The translations under genes were made by a program, and so were the position numbers. Below the pieces are notes generated by a model. The model was not told the origin of the DNA. It saw only the letters and a list, made by a program, of their open reading frames with translations, and did no database searches. This document shows, in pieces, positions 48,524-58,951 of a DNA stretch of 64,000 bases. Origin of the DNA: an uncultured virus (IMG/VR IMGVR_UViG_3300042993_000002) (lineage: Duplodnaviria; Heunggongvirae; Uroviricota; Caudoviricetes); the IMG/VR virus record IMGVR_UViG_3300042993_000002. The stretch is one strand, 5' to 3'. Positions within the stretch are counted from its first letter, which is position 1. Every line of letters starts with the position of its first letter.

Positions 48524-49093
48524 TTATGGAGTTGGATAATTGATTTCAATATGATTGATGATTACATGATCAGGCTCACGTCCAGCATCATGATAGACAC
48601 CAGTGAAGTCTGTAGCGATAATGTAGTCTTGCTCATCTTGAGAGATTGCTGTGTATGCGAAGTTTGCATCCACTTGGTAAAGCATGTACATGTCCGTGTC
48701 CTTGCGGTAAGGCATACGGCGGTTTGTGATCTGTCCATGACGGGCCAGATTATTTCTTGCCTGACTCTCATACCCACGGGCAGTTCGTAGAGCAAATTGG
48801 ATGTTCTGAGCAAGCTCAGCAGCCTCTGTATCGTTGTCCATTAAGCCAACAACCTCGAACCTTACCTTCGCCATCATATCGATCTGCGTAGTGGTTGTAG
48901 GGGCTGTGGCGAAGTCGTCAACGAACGTAGAGTTGTATTCGCTACCCAGTTGATCAAGACGCTTAATATCAATAACCAAGTATGGAGTTTGAGGCTCCGG
49001 TAGGTTGTTGTATGCGAAGATGATTCTGGTTGCAGGGAACAACTCTTCAATTACGTTGTACAGGCTGTCTTCAAGGTCTTTATAGATGTTCAT
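48524..49093 (-). CDS. tail terminator/neck protein
   Basis: synteny. Confidence 0.65.
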   Translation of the reverse strand: MNIYKDLEDSLYNVIEELFPATRIIFAYNNLPEPQTPYLVIDIKRLDQLGSEYNSTFVDDFATAPTTTTQIDMMAKVRFEVVGLMDNDTEAAELAQNIQFALRTARGYESQARNNLARHGQITNRRMPYRKDTDMYMLYQVDANFAYTAISQDEQDYIIATDFTGVYHDAGREPDHVIINHIEINYPTP

Positions 49094-49464
49094 CTTGTCA
49101 ACTCCACACGCATGCAGATTGCTTTGTAGTGGTTCAAAACGCCCATTCTATAATTAATAACCTTCATGACTTCGTATAGATCACCTTCCCATACGAATCG
49201 ATCTGCTGCCCAACCCGGACCAGCTTCTTTCAAAGCTCTCATTTCACCGCCCTTAGTATAAACTTTCAGGCAAGCTTTAGATCGGTCTGCTTCAGGAAGC
49301 ATAATAGTGTCGGAAGATTTCAACACTGGTTGTACGTTGCATACAACTTGTACGGTAGACTCAGCACCGGGAACCGGACGGCCTCTGTCGATAGTAGGAG
49401 CCTCACGACGTGTAACGTCGAGGACCACTTGACCTGTTGATAGGAGTGGCGGATGAAGCATCAC
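49090..49464 (-). CDS. head closure/head-tail protein
   Basis: VQP...LPE.DR, AD...W.G..YEV. Confidence 0.7.
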   Translation of the reverse strand: MMLHPPLLSTGQVVLDVTRREAPTIDRGRPVPGAESTVQVVCNVQPVLKSSDTIMLPEADRSKACLKVYTKGGEMRALKEAGPGWAADRFVWEGDLYEVMKVINYRMGVLNHYKAICMRVELTR

Positions 49465-49934
49465 ATACCTCCTTTTTGGATTCTGAACCTGACAGATTCG
49501 AGCATCTTGCCAGTGTCAATAAGTGGACTGTCTCTTCCCTTCTTCTCAATCGTCTTCTGACTGTTACCACCGTCCGCAGCGTACTGGAGGATAGTGAGTT
49601 GCATCAGTTCTTTGATCGTTGCTCCAAGCTCACGTAGGAGCCTCTGAGTGCTACGTCCATTAGTGAGAACGGAAAGGAATACATGTTTAACTGCACGGCC
49701 CATGTATGCTTGATACATGATGTCCTCGAACGTATCGTCCATGAACGGCCTTGTGGGGTTGAATGAAGTACCGAAGTTGTTGTAGGCAGCTACTAGTGCA
49801 ACAGGAAGATTATCGTTCTCAGGACCATAGTGGTCATCCCAGAAACCAACCTCAACTTCAGTATTATCTATTGCATCAATTCGTCGGATCAAAGAGCTTA
49901 GTTTCTTTGTCTCAACTTTAAGGGTAAAACCCAT
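49461..49934 (-). CDS. neck/tail completion protein
   Basis: VG...N.FGT...P.RPF, KG...PLIDTG. Confidence 0.7.
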   Translation of the reverse strand: MGFTLKVETKKLSSLIRRIDAIDNTEVEVGFWDDHYGPENDNLPVALVAAYNNFGTSFNPTRPFMDDTFEDIMYQAYMGRAVKHVFLSVLTNGRSTQRLLRELGATIKELMQLTILQYAADGGNSQKTIEKKGRDSPLIDTGKMLESVRFRIQKGGM

Positions 49935-50379
49935 AACAATTATCTCCACCGCTTGGATAGTTACAATCATACAAGCGTCTGGATTGTGAATACCCGATGT
50001 TGATTTCTCGAACAACGTTGTCACAGTCGGAATCGTTCTTGAACATATCCGATTTGGAAATACCACCAGCGTATGGAACAGCGAGGCTGATCGAAGCATT
50101 GGGGTCTTTCAGAAGAAGTAATAGCATCTTGTAGTAATTGGAGAACCATTCACCACCGTAAACTTCAATGTCGCCTGTGCGTTCACGAGTCATACGTGCT
50201 AGTTTGAATAGGATGGCCTTGATGGCATCCATTGTAGCTCTGTTCTCATTCCCGTCATTACGATCTAGGAAGTATTGATAGTCAGCATCCGTCAGCATTT
50301 CCATATCGTCCCAGATGTCACCAACTGCTAGACGAACACGATCAATTGCATTATTGGCTGGATCACCTGTATACGGCAT
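49918..50379 (-). CDS. head-tail adaptor
   Basis: DRVRL.VGD, PYAGGIS. Confidence 0.7.
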   Translation of the reverse strand: MPYTGDPANNAIDRVRLAVGDIWDDMEMLTDADYQYFLDRNDGNENRATMDAIKAILFKLARMTRERTGDIEVYGGEWFSNYYKMLLLLLKDPNASISLAVPYAGGISKSDMFKNDSDCDNVVREINIGYSQSRRLYDCNYPSGGDNCYGFYP

Positions 50380-50433
50380 ATTTACCTCCGGTTAAAACAA
50401 AGAAAGGGAGCCACTTTCGTGGCCCCCAGTCAA

Positions 50434-51486
50434 TTAGGCACCTACAGTACCACGAACGATCAACTGTGGACGACGCAGAACGTCGATGAAGTTGGATTCG
50501 GTTTGGATTTCGATCATCTGACCACGGTTGTCGCCGTATTCAAACGCGTACATTTCTTGACCCTGAGTGTTAACAAAGTCGAAGTGATCCGCTGGACCGA
50601 AGTAGGTAGTGAAGTTATCACCCATGTCCGAAGGCATGAAGTAAGCGTCACCTGCTGGGATGTAACGAACACCATCTGGACCAACACCACGGTATTCAAC
50701 GTAGGTGATGTTACCGATTGTGAATTCACGGTAGCGAGCGTCGTATCCGCGAGCAGACAGACGATCACGCAGGATTTGTGGAGACTGCTGGTAAGCAAGC
50801 CACAGAGCCTTCATTGTTGGGTGACCAATGAGTTTGTTGAAGAACTCAGGGGAAGCGATGGCGAAGATTTCACCACGAACAGAACCATCCATTGCGTTGT
50901 CTTGGATGTGTGCGAATACTTCTTCTGTCTTAACGATCAGGTCAGTAGTCGAAGTGTTCAGTTCGAAGTCAACCACTTTACGTGTTGCACCGAAAACGCT
51001 GTACCAGTCGTAGGCTACAGTTGCGTTTGGAGCGTAGGCAGTACCAGTTACGATAGTGTGCCAGTGAGCTTTTTCCATTGTAGCAGCCCAGCTCTGACGA
51101 ATTGTTTCCAATTTGCGAGCACGAACAGCAGCTACAGTTTCCAGAGCGTCAACACCGAAAGCACGCTTGCCTTGGATATCACGTGGAGTGATAGCGTCGT
51201 CAAGGGTGAAGTGAGGCATTGCAAACGCGTGCATGCGACGGCTGTGATCTGCCGACACTTGGTGACGAGCGCCACGATGTACGTCTGTAACCAGACCGAA
51301 ACCAGTTGTGATTTCTTCGATTGTCAGAGTTTCTTGGTTAGTTGTTTCTTTACCGAACAGACCGATTTGTTCAGCCAAAGACCAAACGTTAGGGATGATC
51401 AGAAGGTTCTGAGTCAGGTCGGTGTATTCGTAGTTGTTGCCAGCAAAGCTGCGAACAGCGGCCTTGGCGATTTGAACTTGAGACAT
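50434..51486 (-). CDS. major capsid protein (lambda gpE-like)
   Basis: 350 aa; PHF..DD.I, FGPAD..DFVNT, ESN...RP. Confidence 0.9.
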   Translation of the reverse strand: MSQVQIAKAAVRSFAGNNYEYTDLTQNLLIIPNVWSLAEQIGLFGKETTNQETLTIEEITTGFGLVTDVHRGARHQVSADHSRRMHAFAMPHFTLDDAITPRDIQGKRAFGVDALETVAAVRARKLETIRQSWAATMEKAHWHTIVTGTAYAPNATVAYDWYSVFGATRKVVDFELNTSTTDLIVKTEEVFAHIQDNAMDGSVRGEIFAIASPEFFNKLIGHPTMKALWLAYQQSPQILRDRLSARGYDARYREFTIGNITYVEYRGVGPDGVRYIPAGDAYFMPSDMGDNFTTYFGPADHFDFVNTQGQEMYAFEYGDNRGQMIEIQTESNFIDVLRRPQLIVRGTVGA

Positions 51487-51506
51487 TTATGTTCTCCTAA
51501 GTTGGA

Positions 51507-51890
51507 TTAGATGGAAACGTCGAGTTGATCGACAGCGAAGATTTGCAGAGTAGCCAGTTTGGTGAAGGCAGTAGCTTTCTGGATATCTGTTGTAACGTCG
51601 CTTCCGAAGATCAGAGCACGTTTACCAACCTTGGCTTTACCACGAGCCAGTACCAACACTTTCGTGTATTCAGCAGCAGCAGGGCGGGTCAGGTCGTCAA
51701 TCAAAATGTAAGTTGCGTCAGCTAGGGTAGCAGCAACAACCAGTTGGCCTGTGCTGTCAAGGACAGAACCAGTCAAGGTAGCGTTGGTTGCAGACTTAGC
51801 GAGAACTTCGCGAGTAGTGCCAGAGCCAGCTTCTTCTTCGTATTTCAGCCAGTTGCTCAGACGTTGTACATCAGAGGCGTAAGTTGCCAT
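51507..51890 (-). CDS. head decoration protein
   Basis: immediately before MCP; WLKYE. Confidence 0.7.
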   Translation of the reverse strand: MATYASDVQRLSNWLKYEEEAGSGTTREVLAKSATNATLTGSVLDSTGQLVVAATLADATYILIDDLTRPAAAEYTKVLVLARGKAKVGKRALIFGSDVTTDIQKATAFTKLATLQIFAVDQLDVSI

Positions 51891-51922
51891 TGGGTATTTC
51901 TCCTAATAAGAATGGGGTTAGA

Positions 51923-52837
51923 TTACTTAGCAGCTTTAGGGGCGTACTTAGCTTTCAGGATTTCAGCAGTACGGTCGACTTCTGGAGCGTCGGCAGTACC
52001 AGTTCCAGCAACGCCTGTTTCACTCATCATTTCAGAGTTATCAACGGCAGCTTTTTGTACAGCGTATCCAGCAACGACAGCAGCGAATGCTTCTTCAGCA
52101 ACAGCTTCAAGTGCTTTCAGAACACTTTCAACTTGAGCTTCAGGCAATACAGCAGCCAATGCAGACTTGCGAACTTCTTGTACACGAGCAGCTTCAGCAG
52201 CTTTGAATGTAGCAACTTCAGCTTGAACAGCTTTCAGCACTTCTTCTTGAGCAACTAGAGCCTTTTGGACTTCAGCGACAGCGGCTACAGCAGCGGCCTT
52301 TTCAACTGCAACAGCAGCGAGAACGGCTTCTTCGTGAGCAGCCTTCAGGATTGTTTCCATTTGAGTTTCCTCTTGTTTGATAGGTTGTTCTGGAAGAGCA
52401 GCGAATGCTTTCTCCAGCATTTCTTGATCAGCCATAAGGGCTAGATGTTGTTCTGGAGTTAGAGCTGCGAGAGCCTTCTCCACGTCTTGGGCTTTGTACA
52501 CAGCTTTCATGATACTAATAGATTCGATCTTTTGATCGATCCAATCTTTCTCATTAGTATCAGGATACTCTGTGCGTCCATAACCCATAACAGAAGATAG
52601 AACTTCTGCATCGTCCCAGTACAGTCCAAAGAACTTACGAAGGAACTCAGGGAATTGCATTTCAACAGTAACAGTCGAGGCTTTCTCAATCTGCTCTTGT
52701 GTGATTTGATTAGTTGCTTTGGTAATCAGTGTAGTGATTCCATTTGCAGGACCACCTTGATGTTTACCGACAAGGGCAACGTGTGCCCCGTCATGTTCAA
52801 ACTTGATATCAGTCAAGCGACGTTTTGCGATTGTCAT
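51923..52837 (-). CDS. scaffold protein
   Basis: H.ALV...G.ANG N-terminus; Ala/Glu coiled coil. Confidence 0.7.
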   Translation of the reverse strand: MTIAKRRLTDIKFEHDGAHVALVGKHQGGPANGITTLITKATNQITQEQIEKASTVTVEMQFPEFLRKFFGLYWDDAEVLSSVMGYGRTEYPDTNEKDWIDQKIESISIMKAVYKAQDVEKALAALTPEQHLALMADQEMLEKAFAALPEQPIKQEETQMETILKAAHEEAVLAAVAVEKAAAVAAVAEVQKALVAQEEVLKAVQAEVATFKAAEAARVQEVRKSALAAVLPEAQVESVLKALEAVAEEAFAAVVAGYAVQKAAVDNSEMMSETGVAGTGTADAPEVDRTAEILKAKYAPKAAK

Positions 52838-53286
52838 TCTAGTTCCTCGACATTAGCCATAGCACCAATAGAGACACCGTTGATGTCGCCAGATTTAACA
52901 CCTTGCCATAGAGCTTCACCAACTTCCGTTTCAGGGAACTTCCACCACTGTAGCCATGTGCCTTTAGTGATTGCAACACCGTTGTCCAGTGTGAAATCAG
53001 ATGGGGCAATGAAGGACTGGATAGCTTTCGCTTCTTCAGTCTCTACTTGGTGGAACAGGTAAGCTACGTTGCAATGTGCGTTGTAGTTGTCACAAGCTTT
53101 CTCAACTTCAACTGCTGTATATGTATCCCCGTGAAGGTCAACTACATCAGGAGCAAGTACAACGAAGAGAGCCTTTCGGTCCTCTTCATCGAGAGCTTTT
53201 GTCACTTCAACTGGTGCCTTAACTTCTTGAGTAGAGCCACCAAAGTGTTTTTCGATTAGTTCAGCAAGTGCATCAACGAATTTCAT
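52834..53286 (-). CDS. prohead protease (XkdF-like)
   Basis: PD.VD.HGD, KGTW, G.I.G.SIG. Confidence 0.75.
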   Translation of the reverse strand: MKFVDALAELIEKHFGGSTQEVKAPVEVTKALDEEDRKALFVVLAPDVVDLHGDTYTAVEVEKACDNYNAHCNVAYLFHQVETEEAKAIQSFIAPSDFTLDNGVAITKGTWLQWWKFPETEVGEALWQGVKSGDINGVSIGAMANVEELE

Positions 53287-53295
53287 TGTGGCTCC

Positions 53296-54747
53296 TTATG
53301 CGTTATTTGCGGCAGCATTATCTTTACCTGATACTTTCTTCGAAGCTCCATTGCCAACACCAGCTAGACCGGCTTGACTTTCACCACCCATGATTTCCTT
53401 TTTATCAATCGGAGCATCATCAGGTTTAACAGGAACTTTAAGAGCAGCACGAATCTTGTTCGCCATAGGACGGTCAAGTTCAAGAGCCCCAACAGAACCC
53501 ATACGTTGGATTGCTTTGGAGAATTCATCAAGATCAACTTCATCCAAGTCACCGTAAACCAGCTTAGGAAGCTTGGCGTCAGATGCTTCACCGTTCAATG
53601 CGAACAGTTGTGGGATCAAGTCTTTGTTGACAACATCAGCGATTTCTTGAAGACGTGCTTCAATCGCCATTGCCATAATATTTGTTTTTGCACCAGCAAG
53701 CGAGAAGCTACCAACACTATCTTGTCCAAGTTTCAGAACATCAGCAAACAAAGCAGTGAGGATTTTATTATCCCAACGCTTAATGATTGCATCTGTGTCA
53801 TACATCTTGGCACCCTGTGTCGAAGTCAGTTCAAACTTGAACAATGGCTGTCGGCTTTCAGGATCGAATTGTTGTGGCAGGATCAAACCAGCTTGTTCGT
53901 TCATCTGAATGTTTCGGATAACGTTCTGGTAGTATTGATAAATCTTTGCTTCAGCAGGAGAAGCATCAGCAGACATATAACGTGGAGGCAAGTACAGAGT
54001 TGGCATACCAACCATGTCACGACTAACACCAATCGACTCTTGTTCTTCGATCAGGCAGCGATACTTCCAAGCGTAATACGCAGCACGTAGTGGCGAGTTA
54101 CCTTCCGGGTTATCACGTTCTGCGTCCACACGGACAAGCAAGAACTTCTTACGGGGAATGTCAATCATGCCAGTGCTATTGATAGCGTTCAGATTCAGGT
54201 AGCGTTCTGCCCCTTGAATCGCTGTGAGGCTCTGCTGGACGCCAAGAAGGTTACGACCGTCTTCACTGTATAGCCACTTGTAGATCGTGTCCTGTGAGCG
54301 AATAGGGAGCTTCCTGATGCCAATCTTACCATCACTGTATTTAGAACCTGTAGAACCGTCACGACGACGGTAGACTTTCTCGTGAACCGAGAAGCCGTAA
54401 GTTAGTGCAGATGTAGTCTCTTGGATGAAGCTACGCCAACTGTGTTCCATATCATCCAGACATTCCTCTAGGAATTGACCGCGAGCTTTCATCGCAGCAT
54501 CTGGAGCAGGACCAAGGTCAGTTGTCCATTCAACACGGCTGATCATCATCTTGAACAGAGAGAGAGCAGCAGCGATTGTTACATCCGAAGCCATCGTTCG
54601 GAAAGTCTTGCAAGCTTCAGGGAACCGTAGTTCTCTGCGAGCTTCTTCGTTAATGCGACCACCAGCCATTTTCAGACCGGTTGTTCCCATTTCACCAAGA
54701 CGCAAACGAGGCAAAGGAGTTTCTGCTTTTTCAATTAGTTCAGTCAT
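53296..54747 (-). CDS. portal protein
   Basis: 483 aa after terminase; YGFS.HE, NPEG.S.L. Confidence 0.88.
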   Translation of the reverse strand: MTELIEKAETPLPRLRLGEMGTTGLKMAGGRINEEARRELRFPEACKTFRTMASDVTIAAALSLFKMMISRVEWTTDLGPAPDAAMKARGQFLEECLDDMEHSWRSFIQETTSALTYGFSVHEKVYRRRDGSTGSKYSDGKIGIRKLPIRSQDTIYKWLYSEDGRNLLGVQQSLTAIQGAERYLNLNAINSTGMIDIPRKKFLLVRVDAERDNPEGNSPLRAAYYAWKYRCLIEEQESIGVSRDMVGMPTLYLPPRYMSADASPAEAKIYQYYQNVIRNIQMNEQAGLILPQQFDPESRQPLFKFELTSTQGAKMYDTDAIIKRWDNKILTALFADVLKLGQDSVGSFSLAGAKTNIMAMAIEARLQEIADVVNKDLIPQLFALNGEASDAKLPKLVYGDLDEVDLDEFSKAIQRMGSVGALELDRPMANKIRAALKVPVKPDDAPIDKKEIMGGESQAGLAGVGNGASKKVSGKDNAAANNA

Positions 54748-54756
54748 AACCTCGCC

Positions 54757-56241
54757 TTATGTATTGTATACCCTGAATGGATTCACCTGAACCATTTCAG
54801 GAACGATGAAGTCAGGGATATGAATGTCAGTAGAGAGTGCGTGGAAACTATCAGACGTTCCGTCAACCATGTCGTCTTTGATGTTTCTGCTACCATCGAA
54901 GCGTGTAAGCTCCATGAAGTAGTCCGCATTCCATTCAGCAGTTACAACGTCAATACCACCAGCCTCTGCAACAGCAGCGAATGGGGCGAATCGTGTAACC
55001 TTAGATTTGTTAGTTGCTTTCATCTTGGCATAATAACCAGCGTCTGCAATGTCACGGATAAGCGATGCAGCATAAGCTTTACCAGCAGCTCCGGGGTCAC
55101 AAGGGATAATGATTGTTACATCATCACCATCTTGTCTTGCAGTTTCAAGGATCATATCAAGAACGCCACCGTGGCGTCGTCTATCCCGAACAACGTCTTC
55201 TACTGTGTAACGTCCTTCACGAGTCTTGCTCATGAGAACTCCAGCAGTCCAGTCGGGATTAGGGTTTGTATCAGAAGGCATAGTTCCAGAGATATCCCAT
55301 GCACGAACACGCTTAACAGCTTTCAGTGCAGGATGTGGAACCATGTTCACCCATTCTTCTTTGAAGTAACCAGAGCCTTCAGCTCTTGCCAGCCAACTAC
55401 CGTGAAGCAGTCGAGCCTTTTCAACACGTCCCAAACCTTCTAGCATAGCTACATAGTTTGGATCGATTTCACAAAGGATTGGGTTGTCATATACGTTTGC
55501 CGAAATGAACTTGAAGCTCAGCGGCTTAACTTGTTTCTTGTGATCATCTGCCAGCTTAGGATTACCGTACAGATCAATAGCTTCACGCCAACTATCTGCC
55601 CAGCACATCTTATCATCGAGACGAACAAACCAACGAGTAACACCATCACGTTCAGGAATCGGGATTCCAGTATTAGGATCAAGCCACCAATCCAACCAGT
55701 GACGCAAGAAGCTGTCATAGTCAGGGTTACAAGTGATCTTCATGTGTGGTGGAACTTCAGGGCAACTTGGATTACGCATACGAGACATCAAGTAGATGAC
55801 CATTGCTTCTTCGAATTGTTGTCCTTCGTCAATCAGGAATTTGTTTACTTCCCAACCTTGGAAGTCGTCCTTTGCTTTGAGGTCTTGGAAGTGACGCAAG
55901 AAGACTTTGGCGCCAGAACTAAACAGGAAGTGGTCCTGCTTGTCACGCCATCTTACTTTAGGGTCAACAAGTTCAAACAAGGCTTGAGCTTTCTCAAGAA
56001 GGCCACCCGGACCTTTAAGTTGTGGAGTAGAACGGCGAACCATTACACCACGGAAGTTTGGAAGTTTTACGTGCTTCAGGAAGTCCATTACGCCAAGGTA
56101 TGATTTACCTGCACCAGCAGCACCACCGAATACGGTAATGTTTGCATCAGTGTGCATGAATTCATATTGCTTGGGGGATTTAGGGCCAATGATATTTGGA
56201 TTCAAATCGAATACGGGATATTCTCTTGGCTTAAGTACCAT
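54757..56241 (-). CDS. terminase large subunit
   Basis: GGAAGAGKS, LIDE, TCNP, AWD, DD.VD. Confidence 0.93.
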   Translation of the reverse strand: MVLKPREYPVFDLNPNIIGPKSPKQYEFMHTDANITVFGGAAGAGKSYLGVMDFLKHVKLPNFRGVMVRRSTPQLKGPGGLLEKAQALFELVDPKVRWRDKQDHFLFSSGAKVFLRHFQDLKAKDDFQGWEVNKFLIDEGQQFEEAMVIYLMSRMRNPSCPEVPPHMKITCNPDYDSFLRHWLDWWLDPNTGIPIPERDGVTRWFVRLDDKMCWADSWREAIDLYGNPKLADDHKKQVKPLSFKFISANVYDNPILCEIDPNYVAMLEGLGRVEKARLLHGSWLARAEGSGYFKEEWVNMVPHPALKAVKRVRAWDISGTMPSDTNPNPDWTAGVLMSKTREGRYTVEDVVRDRRRHGGVLDMILETARQDGDDVTIIIPCDPGAAGKAYAASLIRDIADAGYYAKMKATNKSKVTRFAPFAAVAEAGGIDVVTAEWNADYFMELTRFDGSRNIKDDMVDGTSDSFHALSTDIHIPDFIVPEMVQVNPFRVYNT

Positions 56242-56396
56242 TGTGCCTCCTGAAGTTGTGGTCATTGCGACCGAAGATGGGGAGCAATATGTCTTGCTCT
56301 ATATGTACATTCTACATGTGAAATCAGAGTTGTCAACCCCTTAAACATAAAAACCGTAAAGTATTTCATATTCAAGAGATTGAGTCAACAATTTTA

Positions 56397-56618
56397 TTAC
56401 GCTTTCAATGCAGCGATGATTGCATTGACTTTTACCTTCAAAGCGTTAACCAGAGTAATGGCAGTTGCTTCGTCAGTTGCGTCTGCTGTAGTCACTGTCG
56501 TAAGGGCAGTAATAGCAGCAGCTTGTCCAGCGTCAATGAAAGCTCCAGCTTTGATGCCTTCCAGCAATCCAAGTTGGGCGATCAGTTCGTATTGTTCTGT
56601 TGGTGTTGTTAGAGCCAT
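56397..56618 (-). CDS. small head-fibre-like protein
   Basis: C-terminal ...VNALK.KVNAIIAALKA helix. Confidence 0.55.
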   Translation of the reverse strand: MALTTPTEQYELIAQLGLLEGIKAGAFIDAGQAAAITALTTVTTADATDEATAITLVNALKVKVNAIIAALKA

Positions 56619-56634
56619 GATATTTTCCTTGTAA

Positions 56635-57912
56635 TTACGCAGCAATCGCTGCTAGTTGTTTGACTTTAATTGTCCCAGTCATTGGGATGTTTTGACTCGC
56701 ATAAACAGATACACGAATCTTAACCTCTGTGCATCCAGATGTGATTGCTGTGATTGGGGTTTCTTGAACACCAGACACTTTTACACTACTCATCGGGAAT
56801 CCATCTTGGTAACGGTCACAGCACTTAGAATTGTAAGTACCAGAATCAAGGAAACGGAAGTCGAGACTCACGCCGAGGCATCCAGTCATTTCGAATTCAA
56901 TATCTGCAACAGCTTTGATGTTTGCAGCAAGCTTGGCGTTTGCAAGTGTGATGATCTGCTCAAAGGTGAACAGGGCTCCAGATGTTGTTGGAGTACCGCT
57001 GAACTTGAAGACTTGAGCTTCACCGATAGTAGCGGCTTCCTTCGATGCAACCACGCTCATACCTGTCCAAGAGCTTCCAGCAATCGTGTAACCCGTTGCT
57101 ACGTCACCGGTTGCGTTGGCAGATGCGCTCTTAGTCCCTGTGGTGCCTGTCAGCAAGGCGTTAGAGTTGATCTGACCGAATGGGTTCAGTGCAGAGTCAT
57201 AAGGGCTTGTAACGCGTGGTAGGGGCACTGGAGTATTGAATAGGTCTTGAATCTCACGAGCCAAGGCTTCTCCGACGATACGGGCACCAGTTGGGTTCCA
57301 GTGTAGGCCGTCAACTGTAACAGCAGCGGTATCAGTCATCTTGTCCCAAACGTCTACAACACGCACACCAAGCTTTGGAAGGTAGCTGTTGATCCAAGCT
57401 CTCACCTGTTCGTGAATAAGCTGACGTGGGGCAGATAGGGCGTTAGCACCACCACGTGGAGTCTCGTTAATGAATACAACGATCTTTCCAGCTTCTTTGA
57501 GCTTGTTAACAACAGCTTCAATGTTCTGTTGTGTCTGAGCAAGCGTGAAGTCCGATGTACGGTCATTGGTGGAGATAAGGCATACAACGACGTCAGCAGG
57601 AGCAGCGATCACTGTAGCAACGCGTGCAGCCCACTGAGAGGATGTATTACCACCAACTCCAAAGTTGAATGCAGGTTCAAAGAAGATACGGCCTTCAGAG
57701 TATTGTCCAAGCCAAGAGGCGTAACCATAGTTCTCTGTGATTTTGTTTGGAAGGGTTCCGCTGGAACAGTTGGCAGTACGGCTGTCACCATAGATTGCAA
57801 TATTGCGGCGAAGAGGCTTCACGCTCGCACTAGACATAAGACCATCTTTAATGATGCCGTCAAGTCCAATGGATGCAAGAGCAGCCAGCATAGCGTTTGG
57901 TGTAAGGTTCAT
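56635..57912 (-). CDS. SGNH/GDSL hydrolase with C-terminal beta domain
   Basis: YGDS, GVGG, STND, DGLH blocks. Confidence 0.85.
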   Translation of the reverse strand: MNLTPNAMLAALASIGLDGIIKDGLMSSASVKPLRRNIAIYGDSRTANCSSGTLPNKITENYGYASWLGQYSEGRIFFEPAFNFGVGGNTSSQWAARVATVIAAPADVVVCLISTNDRTSDFTLAQTQQNIEAVVNKLKEAGKIVVFINETPRGGANALSAPRQLIHEQVRAWINSYLPKLGVRVVDVWDKMTDTAAVTVDGLHWNPTGARIVGEALAREIQDLFNTPVPLPRVTSPYDSALNPFGQINSNALLTGTTGTKSASANATGDVATGYTIAGSSWTGMSVVASKEAATIGEAQVFKFSGTPTTSGALFTFEQIITLANAKLAANIKAVADIEFEMTGCLGVSLDFRFLDSGTYNSKCCDRYQDGFPMSSVKVSGVQETPITAITSGCTEVKIRVSVYASQNIPMTGTIKVKQLAAIAA

Positions 57913-58069
57913 GATTGTTCCTCGGTAAGTTGAATGGAATAGAACGGCAAAAGCCCCAGCACGTGAATGCCGGGGCTTGCTTTCAGGATTATTCATCCTT
58001 AATAATGACAGACAGACTTACGATGATTGCACGAAGCAATGTCCGAGTGGGTAAGTCGTCTGAGTCATT

Positions 58070-58145
58070 TGGTGCATCCTTGTGGTATCGAGCCACATCC
58101 TCTGGGGTTTCAATCCAGTGCTTCTACCTAGTTAGCTTAGAATGC
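58070..58145 (-). tRNA. tRNA-Phe(GAA)
   Basis: cloverleaf, loop TT-GAA-AC, CCA. Confidence 0.8.
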
Positions 58146-58150
58146 ATATT

Positions 58151-58224
58151 TGGTGCTTCGTGATGGAATCAAACCACCGTAGATGCCGTGTAAGGACACC
58201 GTTCTCTCATTGAACTAACGAAGC
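58151..58224 (-). tRNA. tRNA-Val(TAC)
   Basis: loop CT-TAC-AC, CCA. Confidence 0.8.
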
Positions 58225-58229
58225 ATAAT

Positions 58230-58305
58230 TGGTGCGGGATTAGGGAGTCGAACCCTAGTTCCTCGGGTGGAAGCCGAGAGTATTAGACCTCTATACGAAT
58301 CACGC
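58230..58305 (-). tRNA. tRNA-Gly(TCC)
   Basis: loop CT-TCC-AC, TTCGA T-loop, CCA. Confidence 0.85.
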
Positions 58306-58310
58306 ATGTT

Positions 58311-58386
58311 TGGAGCCATGTATGGGAATCAAACCCACTTGATGCTGGTTTGCAATCAGCCGCCTAAGTCATTCAGCCAACATGGA
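58311..58386 (-). tRNA. tRNA-Cys(GCA)
   Basis: loop TT-GCA-AA, U73, CCA. Confidence 0.75.
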
Positions 58387-58392
58387 CATAAT

Positions 58393-58467
58393 TGGGGTGA
58401 TGTGGAGATTCGAACTCCATCATCAGGGTCACAACCTAAAGACTGTATCCAGACAGTACGGCCCCAC
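58393..58467 (-). tRNA. tRNA-His(GTG), imperfect acceptor stem
   Basis: loop TT-GTG-AC, T-arm, CCA. Confidence 0.6.
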
Positions 58468-58588
58468 GACTACATCTTAAATTGAATCTGACAGACAAGG
58501 TTGCTTATGCCTTGCTAGCTATCTTTCGGGAGAGCTTTTATCGTTCCCTACGTCCGTTGCTTAATCGTCTAATTGGCACTGTCAAAAT

Positions 58589-58662
58589 TGGTGGACCGTC
58601 GGGGAGTCAAACCCCGCCTTCTACGGTGCAAGCGTAGCGAACTATCGAAATTCTTACAGCCC
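58589..58662 (-). tRNA. tRNA-Ala(TGC)
   Basis: loop CT-TGC-AC, G3.U70, CCA. Confidence 0.8.
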
Positions 58663-58786
58663 ATTGTCGCGTCTGCTGCCAGTTCAGGTTAAACCCTTGT
58701 CCCACATCATTGTCAATTCAGATATATGATGTAGCTGGAACGAATGCCTCAGTCCTCAAGACTTAATACATCCTTTACAACAAAAT

Positions 58787-58861
58787 TGGTCACGGGGGAG
58801 AATTTCGAAATCTCGACCTCTGGTTTCCAAAACCAGCTCTCTGCCTCTGAGATACCCCGAG
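58787..58861 (-). tRNA. tRNA-Pro(TGG)
   Basis: loop TT-TGG-AA, CCA. Confidence 0.8.
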
Positions 58862-58866
58862 TTGTT

Positions 58867-58951
58867 TGGTGGTTCATCTTGGACTCGAACCAAGGATGTA
58901 TCAATGTGCCGGGTTACAGCCGGTAGTCTTCGCCGCTCGACTCAATGAACC
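58867..58951 (-). tRNA. tRNA-Tyr(GTA)
   Basis: loop CT-GTA-AC, long variable region, CCA. Confidence 0.85.
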
